Origin: Alphaproteobacteria bacterium
GTDB taxonomy: Bacteria > Pseudomonadota > Alphaproteobacteria > Bin95
Direction: 5' to 3'
Length of the DNA: 64,000 nucleotides
NCBI GenBank assembly: GCA_963665325.3
Contig: OZ224045.1
Coordinates: 2,048,001-2,112,000 of the forward strand
Shown here: in pieces, positions 44,609 through 54,465 of the stretch
How positions within the stretch are numbered: position 1 is the first letter of the stretch
Layout: each line of letters begins with the position of its first letter
Made by a program: the position numbers and the translations under genes
Notes under the pieces: generated by a model
The model's input: the letters and a program-made list of their open reading frames with translations, nothing else
Database searches by the model: none
Told to the model about the DNA's origin: nothing

Positions 44609-46117
44609 TCAGGCGGCGAGAGAGTGGAGATGCGGCCGGACGTTGGCTGCGACGAGAGCTTCGGCCACGTCGGGGCAGACGGAGTTTCCGCACATCCGGA
44701 TCTGGGCTTCCTTGGTGAGAGGCTTGCCGTTCAGCTCGAAGGCGATGCGGTATGTGTCCGGGAACCCCTGGGCGTTGTAGAGCTCGCGGGCGGCGAGCAT
44801 GCGCATGCCGATATCGGTGAGCTGGTAGTCGATGGCATCGACGGTGACGAGGCCGAAGCGGGCTTTTGTTGTTGCTATAGGACAGGGGTGCCGGAGTTCC
44901 GATCCGGTGTTGGTGCCGTAGTATTTGGCGAGGAAGGCGGCTACGAGCGCTTTGTGCTGGCCCTGGGCGAGGATGGTGTTGACGGGCTTTCGAAGGTCTC
45001 CGGACCCGCCATTGGTGTTGCTGTGGTGGAAGTTGGTAAGGCAGGCGGAGACGAGAGTGGTCTTGCCGCCTCCACCGGGCATGACCGTGGGCATGGGATT
45101 GTTCAGGGCCTGTCCGGTGCTGGCGCCGAACTCGCGGGTGAGGAGAGACGTGACGAGAGCCTGGTTGGAGCCCCGGGAGACGATGGTGCTGACGGGCTCG
45201 TTGCAGGAGTGGCCGGTCATTCCCGTGTTGTGCTGGGCCATGTGGGCCGCAACGATGGCGAGCTCTCCGCGCTTCGCGGTGGTGATGGTCCGCAGGGGCT
45301 CGGTAATGGCGTGTGTGCGGTGGTCGCCGGCATGGGTGACGGGGATGATGAAGGGCTGGGCGGCGTCCAGAACGTAGCGTTTGACGCCTCGAGCGATGCG
45401 GGCGAGGGTTTTGTTGGCGAGCGGGCGGCGGACGCCGATTTTGCGGGCCTGCTTGCGTGACAGGAAGATGGAGTGGACGGGGATGGTCCAGTCCATGCAG
45501 TCGGCGGCGACGCGGAAGGGTCGGCGCCCGGGGCCGTGAGTGGGTTCGGGCCAGGCGATCGGAAGGCCGTCCCGGCGGGCGACCAGGAAGAAGCGGGTTC
45601 TGAAGGTGGGCGATCCGTAGTCGCATCCGCGCAGCTTGCGCCACTCGAAGCGGTATCCTGCGTCGGAGAGTGCCGCGAGCCATGCGCGGAAGGTCTCGCC
45701 TTCGCGCGACTTGTCGGGGCGGCCGTTCGCAAGGAGCGGTCCCCACCCCATGAACTCCTGGACGTTTTCCAGCATGATGACGCCGGGACGGGCAAGGCGC
45801 GCCCAGTGGATGACGACCCAGGCGAGGTCGCGGCTGCGCTGCTGGTCCGGGCGGATGGGAGCGGCGCCCTTGGCAACGCTGAAATGCGTGCAGTCGGGAC
45901 TGAACCACGCCAGAGAGATGGGACCGCGTCGGGAGATCTCTGCGGGGTCGACCGACCATACGTCCTGGAGGTGGTGGATCGTGGCAGGGTGGTTGAGGCG
46001 GTGCATGGCGACTGCTTCGGGATCGTGGTTGACGGCAATGTCGACCGGGCGGCCGAGGGCCTTTTCGATTCCGAGCGATGCACCTCCCCCGCCGGCGAAG
46101 TTGTCGACGGTGAGCAT
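44609..46117 (-). CDS. Orphan DNA (cytosine-5) methyltransferase
   Basis: DNFAGGGG, WFSPDCTHFS, MLENV, RTRFF, QGFP, GNSV. Confidence 0.93.
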   Translation of the reverse strand: MLTVDNFAGGGGASLGIEKALGRPVDIAVNHDPEAVAMHRLNHPATIHHLQDVWSVDPAEISRRGPISLAWFSPDCTHFSVAKGAAPIRPDQQRSRDLAWVVIHWARLARPGVIMLENVQEFMGWGPLLANGRPDKSREGETFRAWLAALSDAGYRFEWRKLRGCDYGSPTFRTRFFLVARRDGLPIAWPEPTHGPGRRPFRVAADCMDWTIPVHSIFLSRKQARKIGVRRPLANKTLARIARGVKRYVLDAAQPFIIPVTHAGDHRTHAITEPLRTITTAKRGELAIVAAHMAQHNTGMTGHSCNEPVSTIVSRGSNQALVTSLLTREFGASTGQALNNPMPTVMPGGGGKTTLVSACLTNFHHSNTNGGSGDLRKPVNTILAQGQHKALVAAFLAKYYGTNTGSELRHPCPIATTKARFGLVTVDAIDYQLTDIGMRMLAARELYNAQGFPDTYRIAFELNGKPLTKEAQIRMCGNSVCPDVAEALVAANVRPHLHSLAA

Positions 46118-46134
46118 GGGGATTCTCCGGTGGG

Positions 46135-46890
46135 TCAGATCAGGCCGGCTTCGGCGAAGCTGAGATGGCCGGAGTTGGTGATGATGATGTGGTCGAGGAG
46201 CCTGATGCAGAGGCAGGCGGCGCCGGTCTTTATCTCTTTGGTGAGCGCGAGGTCGTGGGGGGACGGTTCTGCCACCTGGCTGGGGTGGTTATGCACGAGC
46301 ACGATGGCGGTGGCGTTGAGTTCCAGGGTCCGCATGACGATGTCGCGGGGATGGGCGGGGACGTTGTTGACGGTGCCGGTGCGGTGCAGCTCGAAGGCGA
46401 TGGGCCGGTTGCGGATGTCGAGGTAGAGGATGTGCAGTTCCTCGTGCGGTTTGTGACCGATGAGGGACCGGCAGTGCTCGATCACGGACTTGTAGTTGTT
46501 GAGCATCGGGTTGACGTTGGTCGGGAGGCGCGCTGTGGAGTGCCGGATGGCGAGGGATTCGGCGACCTTGATTGCGACGATGGCGTCATTGTCGATGCCG
46601 GGGATGGAGCGCAGGCGGCCGGGAGTGGCGGCAAGGATGCGGGAGGGGTCGCGGAAGACGTCCAGCAGGGTGTCGGCAAGCGCTTCGGCCTCGTCGTTCG
46701 GCCGGGAGCCCGAAAGGAGAAGGGTGACGAGCTCGCGCTCGTCTAGGATGTCCGGCTGTTCGCCTATGAGCCTGAGGGCGGGAGAAGCAAGCGCAGAGGC
46801 CGGCGCTGTTTCGGCGTGGGTGCAGGGGCTGGAAGCGAAGAGGGGTAGGCCGGGCGTGCGCGGGGCCGCGCAGTCGTCGAGCGGGGGCAT
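46135..46890 (-). CDS. radC: RadC/JAB domain protein
   Basis: ELVTLLL...HEEL...GTVN...LVHNHPS...PSPHD...LLDHII. Confidence 0.9.
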   Translation of the reverse strand: MPPLDDCAAPRTPGLPLFASSPCTHAETAPASALASPALRLIGEQPDILDERELVTLLLSGSRPNDEAEALADTLLDVFRDPSRILAATPGRLRSIPGIDNDAIVAIKVAESLAIRHSTARLPTNVNPMLNNYKSVIEHCRSLIGHKPHEELHILYLDIRNRPIAFELHRTGTVNNVPAHPRDIVMRTLELNATAIVLVHNHPSQVAEPSPHDLALTKEIKTGAACLCIRLLDHIIITNSGHLSFAEAGLI

Positions 46891-47083
46891 TGGCAGGGTC
46901 CCATAGCGTCGGGGGTCGATGACGGACCGGAGCGGTCCGATCTGGCCGAAAGCGGCTTTCCTCGGCTTTGGGCTGCGGTGCTCAGAGGCTGACCTGGATG
47001 GGGGACAGGAACTTGCGGTGAGCGAGGGGTGTTGGGACCGGTCAGTTGTCTTCTGGCTGGTGGACCTGGATTGTGTCTGCGAG

Positions 47084-47593
47084 TCAGCCCTGGATGTGGC
47101 GTGTGACGAGCAGGCCGGTGAGGAAGGCATCTGCCTGAGTAGTTCGCCGGATGTCCTTCCAATGTTGAAGCGCTCTGATTGCTAGCTGGTGGTAGTACAG
47201 GGCATCGGATCGCTGGAAGAGGCGATAGGTGTTGTAGTCGGCTTGGTGCCGGGCTTCCTGAAGGTCTTGGAATGTTTGTGCGATTGCAACGAGCCGGGGG
47301 TCTATGGCAACGCCGGTGAAGGCTGGGGCCAGGTTGCTGGGAGGGTTGCCTGCCGCGAATGACTTGCAGACGGCGCGCATGTCGGAGTGGCGGAAGGCAC
47401 GGGAGACGCATTGACGGATGGAGGTACGATGCGGGCCCGGCATCATCCGTCGTGTCGCGTCGTCGACCAAGCAATGGAACAAAGCGTAGTACGACGCCGA
47501 TATGGCGCGGCGCAGGCTGGCTTGGGAGGGGCGTCTGGGTTCTTTTGTCGCCAGGTGATGCGCCTGCTTCAGCAGGTCGGCATGCAGGCTCAT
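47084..47593 (-). CDS. HEPN-like protein
   Basis: LRRAISASYYALFH...LQEARHQADY. Confidence 0.75.
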   Translation of the reverse strand: MSLHADLLKQAHHLATKEPRRPSQASLRRAISASYYALFHCLVDDATRRMMPGPHRTSIRQCVSRAFRHSDMRAVCKSFAAGNPPSNLAPAFTGVAIDPRLVAIAQTFQDLQEARHQADYNTYRLFQRSDALYYHQLAIRALQHWKDIRRTTQADAFLTGLLVTRHIQG

Positions 47594-47877
47594 CCGATCT
47601 CCTCCGCCTCAGCGGGGGTCTTGAAGCTGACATAGACAGAGACAGGGAATTCGCTGCGTTCCCGGATAAATTGGAGGACGCGGTCGCGAATCTGGATACG
47701 GGTATCGATATCGGTGTTTTCGTCGGGGAGAACAGCCCAGATCCACACGGCGGGATCGTCGGCGGAGTCGGAGCCGATTTCGACGAGCCAATCGGAAACC
47801 GGCGTAGGTAAAGGATTACATTCGGTGAGGGCGGTGCGGATTTCGCTGTTTGCGAACTTCATGGCGCTATCGCTCAT
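47590..47877 (-). CDS. MNT-like partner of the HEPN protein
   Basis: GSDSADDPAVWIWAVL...YVSFKT; ATGA-coupled to the HEPN gene. Confidence 0.6.
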   Translation of the reverse strand: MSDSAMKFANSEIRTALTECNPLPTPVSDWLVEIGSDSADDPAVWIWAVLPDENTDIDTRIQIRDRVLQFIRERSEFPVSVYVSFKTPAEAEEIG

Positions 47878-47942
47878 CGAAGGTTTCCTTTTGGGTAGTT
47901 ACTTTCGTGAGGACAGGACTGCAAGGGCAAAGCAGCGGCGGG

Positions 47943-48248
47943 CTACGGTTGCTGTAGCGGTTGAGCATCGGAGGGAATGTCGAGCTGCATCTGGCCGCGC
48001 TCGGTGAGGATATGCGGAACCTCGATCGGCGTGGGCGATGTGCCCGGGTCGGAGTTGGCACCGTCGCAGGCGGCAACAATGAAGATCGGGCCGGCGTAGT
48101 CGAGGCTTTTCCATCCGTCGTCGAAATTGGCCTCCTCGATCGCTCTGTTGAGGGCCGTGTCGAGGTCCTCGTCGTCGGAGACCTCGATCTGGACGGTATT
48201 CGACATGTAGGTGGCGAAGCAGCACTGGACAGAGACGGTGCGCGACAT
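47943..48248 (-). CDS. Hypothetical protein
   Basis: MSRTVSVQCCFATY...; start overlaps the upstream stop. Confidence 0.6.
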   Translation of the reverse strand: MSRTVSVQCCFATYMSNTVQIEVSDDEDLDTALNRAIEEANFDDGWKSLDYAGPIFIVAACDGANSDPGTSPTPIEVPHILTERGQMQLDIPSDAQPLQQP

Positions 48249-49506
48249 CAGGCGGCTTCCTTCGGTTCGGGTCCGGCAATGGAGACGGAGATCCTGTTGC
48301 GGTCGATGGTAATGGTGACCGGGCGCTCGCGTGGTGCGATCCAATGGATATGGCGGCATACCATCTCCTTGATCGCGTCGATGGTGGCTTCGTCCTCGGA
48401 GCAGAGCAGCCGGGTCGCGATCCGGTTCGCTTCCAGCATGAAGTCGTTGCGCTGGGTTTCCCAGGCATTGGCTTCGGCATCGTCGGAGTAGCAGAAGAAG
48501 GCGCTGTAGATGAGGTCTGCCAGCTCGAAGGGTTGGAGGTTGCTCGAGGCGGAGACGAGCGGCGCTATCTCCTCGACGTAGCAGTCCTGGTCGCAGGCGA
48601 ACGCCATGTCGGCGTCGGTGACGATGGCCGTCGTGGAACCGTCCGGATGTTGGATCTCCAGATGCATCGTCATGGCGTCGGGGCGAATGCCGGCCGGGGT
48701 GTCGTCTGTCGGGTAGTCTTCGAGGGCACGGCTGTGTTCGCCCGCGATGACTTCGATGCGGACTCCGGTGATCCGCGGCAGGCAATCGTACCAGTCGTAG
48801 CCGGCGAGATCGCTCTCGGGGCGGTAGAGACGCTCGGCGATGCTGGCGCGCTGCGCTGCGCGCCAGAAGGCCTGCGAGAGCGGCGGCTCGTCCTCGAAGT
48901 CGACGACGAGGGCGTCGACCGGGAGGATTTCGGGGGCGGGGTCCTCCTGGTTGTTGCACCAGTCGGCGTTGCGAGGACGCCACGGGTGGAGGTGCGGGGG
49001 CGCCGGGCGGATGTGGATGCCGGCATCGCGGGCGGCCGTCCAGGTCTTGTAGGTGGGCCGGGGATCGGGGTGTGCGGCCATTGCCCTGTAGATGGCGTGG
49101 GTGGAGGCCTCGTGCATGCGAGGGACGAAGGGGGTTGCGACGAGCTGCTTGCGGGCCGGGAGGACGAGCTCCAGCTCGGGACAGTCCCGGACGTCGGCGC
49201 GGATGGACCAGGTCGGGCCGCCTACGGAGGAGATTTCGGGGAAGCCGGTCTCGATCGTGTGGCCGTGGAAGTTGATCGTCGGGTCGTGGAAATGCTTGCG
49301 TCCGTTGACCATGACCCCGAAGTCGATGCCGTGCCATGCCTCACGGTGGACGGCGTCCTGGAGGAAGTCGCGGCGCGGGAGGGTTTCTCCGTCTTCAGGC
49401 GAGTCCGGAAGACCGGAAAGGGTTACAGGGAGCGGGTGGTAGAGGGCGGCCGCTTCGGTGGCTCTCCGGATGTCGAGGACGTGGGAAACGATGAGGAACG
49501 ATATGG
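48248..49506 (-). pseudogene. 3' fragment of a GHKL ATPase gene interrupted by transposon copy 3
   Basis: Removing the element and one TATGG copy restores ...PWPHGTSI-SFLIVSHVLDIRR in frame. Confidence 0.88.
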
Positions 49507-49779
49507 TGAGTGTGCTCTCGGTATCTGATGGCGGGATGGTCACGTTGTTCGATGGTTTTCAGGCGTCGGGCCGGGCGTGACGGCGGGGGTGTCGGACGGC
49601 CGTCGGCGCGTCAAGCCGCTTCGCGGCTCCTGCGCTGCGCTCCGGCCCTTCGGGTGACCCGCCGCCGTCCCTCCGACGGAGTGCATCCATGGCCGTAAGC
49701 AAGCTTCCGGCCACGGGCCGGCCGCTTTACGCAGTGTGACAATGGGAGCGGTGTTACCCGTTACCGTTACCCTCTCTCC

Positions 49780-50778
49780 CTAGGGGTTCGAGGCGGTAAC
49801 GGTTTTCGGTAACGTGTCCCTGCGGTCGTTGCCGTTGAGGGCGGCGAGGCGGTATCCGCCTTCGGATGCGCGCTCGACGCGTCCTTCGCGGACGAGCCTG
49901 TGCAGCGCCTCGGCGACGGTTGCGGGCCGGGTTGCCGCGCGCTCGCGGATCCGGCGCTGGGAGAGCGGCGCGTCGGCGTCGGCGAGGGCCTGCAGGATGC
50001 GCCGTTCGGGGGTATCCGGCTCCGGCGCCTGGTCTTCCGGCGTCTCGCGCAACCGCAGGGCGGGGCGCTCGTCGTCGTCGGCGAGTTCGATCTCGAGGTC
50101 TTCGAGGCCAGGGGCGTCGCGATGCTCGACGGTCATGAGGATCTGGCGGTCTCGCCGGCGCAGGTACAGATTCGAATCGCCCCAGGCGTGAAGTTCGCTG
50201 CTGCCGCGCAGCGCCTGCCCGGGCCGGGAGCCGCCGCTCTTTCGTGCGTGATGGACGAGGAGGACGGCGGTTTCGAAGCGGCGCTGTATGTCGCGCAGGA
50301 AGCCCAGCATGGGGGCGACCTCGGCGACGGTATTTTCGTCGACGCCGTGCAGGCGCACGAGGGGGTCGAGGACGACGAGGCGGGGTGAGACGCGCTCCAC
50401 CGTCTCGACCAGGCGCTGGCGATCGGCGCGATGGTCGAGACGCAGCGTGGGCACGTCGATGACGGCGATGTCGAGGGTCTCGAACGCGGTGCCTGCCGCC
50501 TTTGCGATGCCCTGGAGGCGTGCGCGCACGATATGGCCGGCGTCCTCGGCGGCGAACAGCAGCACGGGGCCGCTTGCGGCGGGACGGAAGTGGCGCAGGC
50601 AGGGGACGCCGGCGGCGACCGCGACGGCGATGTCGAGTGCGAGGAAGGATTTGCCGCACTTGGGCTCGCCGCCGACGATGCCGACGCCCTGCTCGGACCA
50701 CAACGCCTCGACCATCCAGCGGCGCGCCTGGGGGCGCTCTTCGAGCTCCGCCGGCGCCCGTGTCGGGAAGCCCTTCAC
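49780..50778 (-). CDS. AAA_25 / RepA-like helicase-wHTH (copy 3)
   Basis: Same translation as copy 1. Confidence 0.88.
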   Translation of the reverse strand: MKGFPTRAPAELEERPQARRWMVEALWSEQGVGIVGGEPKCGKSFLALDIAVAVAAGVPCLRHFRPAASGPVLLFAAEDAGHIVRARLQGIAKAAGTAFETLDIAVIDVPTLRLDHRADRQRLVETVERVSPRLVVLDPLVRLHGVDENTVAEVAPMLGFLRDIQRRFETAVLLVHHARKSGGSRPGQALRGSSELHAWGDSNLYLRRRDRQILMTVEHRDAPGLEDLEIELADDDERPALRLRETPEDQAPEPDTPERRILQALADADAPLSQRRIRERAATRPATVAEALHRLVREGRVERASEGGYRLAALNGNDRRDTLPKTVTASNP

Positions 50779-51608
50779 CGCCGCGCCCTCCTCGGCTTGG
50801 CGGGTTCGCCCAGGGTCTCGATGAAGAGCTTCTCGTCGAGGACCTCGCGCTCCTTCTCGGCGGCGGCGGCGAGCAGGGCGTCGGCCATGACGGTGAGCGC
50901 CCGCGGGTTGCCGTCGGCATGGGCGACCAGGGTGTCCTTGAGGCCCGCGGTCATGAGGCCGGGATTGCCGGCCTGCTCGATCAGATGGTCGAGCAGGGCC
51001 GCGAGGTCGCCGGCCTCGGCCTTGGTCATGACCAGGCGCTGGCGGATGCGCGAGGCGATGGGCTGCAGATCGGGCTGGCGGAGCTTGTCGAGCAGGCGCG
51101 TGTCGCCGGCGAGGACGACCGAGAGGATGGCGCGCGAGTCGAAGTCGGTCGAAGCCAGCAGGCGGATCTCGGAGAACACCGAGGGCAGCAGCTCCTGGGC
51201 CTCGTCGACGAGCACGACGGGGCGCATGCGGGTATCGTCGACATGGGCGAGCCAGCGCTCGCGCAGGCTTTTGAAGCTGGCCCAGCGGTTGTTGTACATC
51301 AGGTCGACGCCGAACATCTCGCCGATCTCGCGGTAGAAGTCGGACAGCCGGGAGGAGGGATGGGTGATGGCGGCGATGCTGAGCCCCTCGCAGCGGCCGA
51401 GACGGTCGGCGAGCAGGCGCAACGCCACACTCTTTCCGGCGCCGGGCTCGCCGGCGATCAAGGCGAAGCCGCCCTGGCGCACCAGGTGGCGCTCGATCCT
51501 GAGGCAGAAGCTGTCGACGGCAGGCGTCGCCATGAGACTGTCGACCGGCAGGTCGGTGGCGAAGGGGTTCCACTTGAGCCCGTAGAAGGTGAGCAGTTCC
51601 CGGTTCAT
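50775..51608 (-). CDS. ExeA/TniB-like AAA+ ATPase (copy 3)
   Basis: Same translation as copy 1. Confidence 0.9.
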   Translation of the reverse strand: MNRELLTFYGLKWNPFATDLPVDSLMATPAVDSFCLRIERHLVRQGGFALIAGEPGAGKSVALRLLADRLGRCEGLSIAAITHPSSRLSDFYREIGEMFGVDLMYNNRWASFKSLRERWLAHVDDTRMRPVVLVDEAQELLPSVFSEIRLLASTDFDSRAILSVVLAGDTRLLDKLRQPDLQPIASRIRQRLVMTKAEAGDLAALLDHLIEQAGNPGLMTAGLKDTLVAHADGNPRALTVMADALLAAAAEKEREVLDEKLFIETLGEPAKPRRARR

Positions 51609-53080
51609 GGCGCATCTCCCCGATCTTCGTCCTCGCCCGGACCGGGCGTCTTGTCATGGGGCAGCCAGGCCGGCGGCAGGCCGGTTGCGGCCTGGGCGTC
51701 GAGCATGCCCTTGAGCAGCGGCGGAAGTTCCCCCGTCCCCGCGCCGCCATTGCCATCGTTGCCGCCGGGGCCGGCGGGACGGCGCACGCCATCGGCGTTG
51801 CCGCGCTTGTCGAGGGGGTACAGCGTGCACAGGCGCTCGCCGCCTCGACCGTCGATCAGATCGACGCTGGCGAGGTTCCAGCGCGCGTAACGGATCCAGG
51901 CCTCGCGCAGGTGGCGCCACGGCTGTGGCACCTGGTAGCGGATGCCCTCGACCGAGACGGTGCCGTCCGAGCGCCTGAGCGTGCGCTTCCTGGTGATGCG
52001 GAAGGCCGCCTTGAGCTCGGCCGAGCCGGGGCAGGATCTCGACGCGTCGACGCTCCCGGCCAGGCGTTGATGCGGCGTCATGCCGAGCTCGCGGTGCTTG
52101 CGGCGGTGATAGTCCTGCTCCAGCCAGGCGATGGTGGCGTCGTTGAGCATCTTCAAGGTAAGCGCGTCGACGCCTTCGAGCTGAGCCATCAGGCGCGATT
52201 CGACCGTGCCCCAGAACGACTCGATCTTGCCGTTCTGATGGGGGCTGTAAGCGAGCGTCGTGACCCCCGCGATGCCGAGCCGGTGCAACCCCTCCTCGAC
52301 CTCGCCCGCGGTCATCGCCGCGCCGTTGTCGGTCAGCAGGGACCTCGGCAGACCGCGCTTCATGAAGGCCTGGCAAAGGCCGTGGACGAACACCTCGGCG
52401 GTCTCGGCGAGGTACCACTGAAGGTGGCAGCCGAGGCGCGAGTGGTCGTCGAGGAAGCCGAGCAGGATCGGCGTCTTCCACTCGCCCGAGGCGGTCAGCA
52501 CGCGACGCTTGGCGCTGTGCATGTCGGCGTGCCACAGGGCGTGAGAGCGCGAGACCTCGTAGCTCAATACCTCGCGGGCTTCGACCGCCGGCCTGGCCTC
52601 GCTCTCATGCCACTTGCGCCGGCGCTTGCGTACCAGCCCGCGAGCCCGCATCGCCCGGGTCAGCGTCGCGTAGGACGGTATCGGGCCGAGCTCGGGATCG
52701 GCCTCGACCCGCGCGGCCAGATTCTCGTGATGAAGCTGCGCCGACCACGACGGATGCGCCCGGTACTGCTCGTGCAGCGCCTCGATCAGCGTCGGCGACA
52801 TCGCGCGCGGGCGCCCGGCATCGGCGCGCGGGCGCCGCTTGAGCGCCCCCACCGGATCGTTGTCCGCCGCCCGCGCCTGGTAGTACCAGCGCTCGATCGT
52901 GGACACCGCGAAGCGCACCCGGCCCTTGCCGGACGGGTGATCCCACTCGCGTTCGGCAAGCCGCTCAAGCTCGGCGTGCAGCCGCCCCGCCGGCGGCGGC
53001 GAGGCCAGAAGCGGCCCGACCACCGCGAAGCGCAACCGCGCCCACCGGTCGCGACGCTCGCTCCCGTCGTTGCTGTTCAT
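51605..53080 (-). CDS. DDE transposase (copy 3)
   Basis: Same translation as copy 1. Confidence 0.93.
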   Translation of the reverse strand: MNSNDGSERRDRWARLRFAVVGPLLASPPPAGRLHAELERLAEREWDHPSGKGRVRFAVSTIERWYYQARAADNDPVGALKRRPRADAGRPRAMSPTLIEALHEQYRAHPSWSAQLHHENLAARVEADPELGPIPSYATLTRAMRARGLVRKRRRKWHESEARPAVEAREVLSYEVSRSHALWHADMHSAKRRVLTASGEWKTPILLGFLDDHSRLGCHLQWYLAETAEVFVHGLCQAFMKRGLPRSLLTDNGAAMTAGEVEEGLHRLGIAGVTTLAYSPHQNGKIESFWGTVESRLMAQLEGVDALTLKMLNDATIAWLEQDYHRRKHRELGMTPHQRLAGSVDASRSCPGSAELKAAFRITRKRTLRRSDGTVSVEGIRYQVPQPWRHLREAWIRYARWNLASVDLIDGRGGERLCTLYPLDKRGNADGVRRPAGPGGNDGNGGAGTGELPPLLKGMLDAQAATGLPPAWLPHDKTPGPGEDEDRGDAP

Positions 53081-53128
53081 TCCGGCATCCCCCTCGCTGC
53101 TTCGTGGAGGTGCCGATGATGCGGTGCC

Positions 53129-53743
53129 CTATCCGTGCATCATAGAAACGCTTTCTGCGGGCGAAGCCGGACCTGCGCCGAGCGCGCAAAAGCCGGTCCA
53201 CGGCATCAGCCAGACCAGGCTCCGCAGCAGCCGCGAGCGGAAGCCACGGCCCCGCATGATGCGCAGCAGCCGGCGCAGCGGCGCCTCTTCGGGCGGCGCC
53301 GCCAGCTCGCCCCGTCTCGCCTGCCACTCCCGGGTCAGCGGGAAGGCTTCCAGCCACCAGCGCCGCCAGCGCTTCAGCGTCGAGGCCGGAACCCCGCACC
53401 GCCGCGCGATCGTCTGCAACCGCGCGCCGCCGGCCACAGCCAGCGCACTCACCACAAGGAACAGCGCCCCGACGTAAAAGCGCCTGCCGAAGAAACGCAC
53501 CGACGGCGGCTTCACGCGGCGTCGGCACACCGAACAGCACAGGCTGAAGCGCCGAACGTCGTTCCGAAGATTCGCCGCCAGACCGTGCGGCTTGCGCGGG
53601 TAGCTCGCGCTGTGAAGCGCGCCGCCGCAGCGCGGGCAACCCGCCGCCCGGCACGCCTCCGCCTCGGCCGCGTCGACCTGCTTCAGAAAATCCCAAACCC
53701 GGGCGTTGGAGAGATTGGAGTGCCGGAACAGCTTGTGCGACAT
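53129..53743 (-). CDS. Zn-finger + HTH protein (copy 3)
   Basis: Same translation as copy 1. Confidence 0.8.
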   Translation of the reverse strand: MSHKLFRHSNLSNARVWDFLKQVDAAEAEACRAAGCPRCGGALHSASYPRKPHGLAANLRNDVRRFSLCCSVCRRRVKPPSVRFFGRRFYVGALFLVVSALAVAGGARLQTIARRCGVPASTLKRWRRWWLEAFPLTREWQARRGELAAPPEEAPLRRLLRIMRGRGFRSRLLRSLVWLMPWTGFCALGAGPASPAESVSMMHG

Positions 53744-53890
53744 TGGGGCCGTCTCAGGTTGATGTCACTGTCACCGAGACAAGCCCTCCGGCGGCCTTCT
53801 TGCAAGATCGCCGGGGGGCACCCAATCCAAAACCTCGATTAATCCGAGCCGATCAGCCCCTGATCGCCGCTGAAAGCCTGCGCCCGCTCA

Positions 53891-54376
53891 TATGGACGTT
53901 CCATGCGGCCAGGGAGCCTGCTCGCAAGAAGAGACGGCAGCCGGGAGCTTGCCCGTGAAATGGTCGGGGTCGAGTTTGACGCGCCAGCCGCTATAGGAGC
54001 GCCCATTGAGGGACCGGGGCCGCGAGGTGACGGTGCAGCCGATCCGCGCCAGCGAAAGGAAGCCCATGCCGGCGGCGTCCTCGCGTGCGACGAGCTCGCG
54101 GCTCCAGCCGTTCCGTCCGTAGGAGAGCAGGACGGAAGGGTCGGCTATGCCTGAGCCGTCGTCGCAGATCGTGACGAGCTGCGAATTCGGCGTCGAGGGA
54201 TGACGGGGCTCGATATGGATGCGGACCATGGTGGCGTCGGCGCGGCGCGCATTCTGCAAGGTCTCCGAGAGGACGTCTTCGATCTTGGCCGAGAACATGC
54301 GGGGCACGCGTTCCAGGGTGGAATCGTCGATGCGGGCCCGGATGGTGCGGGGAAGGACGGAAGGCGAAGCGGACAT
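53891..54376 (-). pseudogene. 5' fragment (HATPase_c/GHKL domain) of the gene interrupted by copy 3
   Basis: ETLQNARRA, ICDDGSGI, AGMGF (GHKL N, G1 and G2 boxes). Confidence 0.88.
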
Positions 54377-54407
54377 GAGCGCTCCTTGGAGAAGGACTGA
54401 AAGAAGA

Positions 54408-54442
54408 AGCGCCCCGCCAGTGGGAGGATCTGGCGGGGCGCT
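54408..54442 (-). terminator. Terminator hairpin after the ParB-like gene
   Basis: Perfect 13-bp stem AGCGCCCCGCCAG/CTGGCGGGGCGCT with an adjacent A-rich tract. Confidence 0.7.
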
Positions 54443-54465
54443 CGGGTCAACGTCTCCCTTGGGGA

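Larger units (their letters stand above)
49507..53890 (-). mobile_element. 4,384-bp four-gene DDE transposon, copy 3 (5-bp TSD TATGG)
   Basis: TATGG at 49502-49506 and 53891-53895; same ORFs and ends. Confidence 0.95.

Noticed and set aside
44609-46117. Restriction-modification system
   Set aside because: No adjacent endonuclease; orphan methyltransferases are common in such regions.
49507-49543. In-frame GTG inside the transposon end rescuing the GHKL 3' fragment
   Set aside because: No clear RBS, a one-in-three chance of being in frame, and the product would lack the ATPase domain.
5789-53890. The three identical repeats as an assembly artefact or as ends of composite transposons
   Set aside because: Each copy has its own distinct TSD and splits a different gene that re-joins in frame, so these are independent simple insertions.
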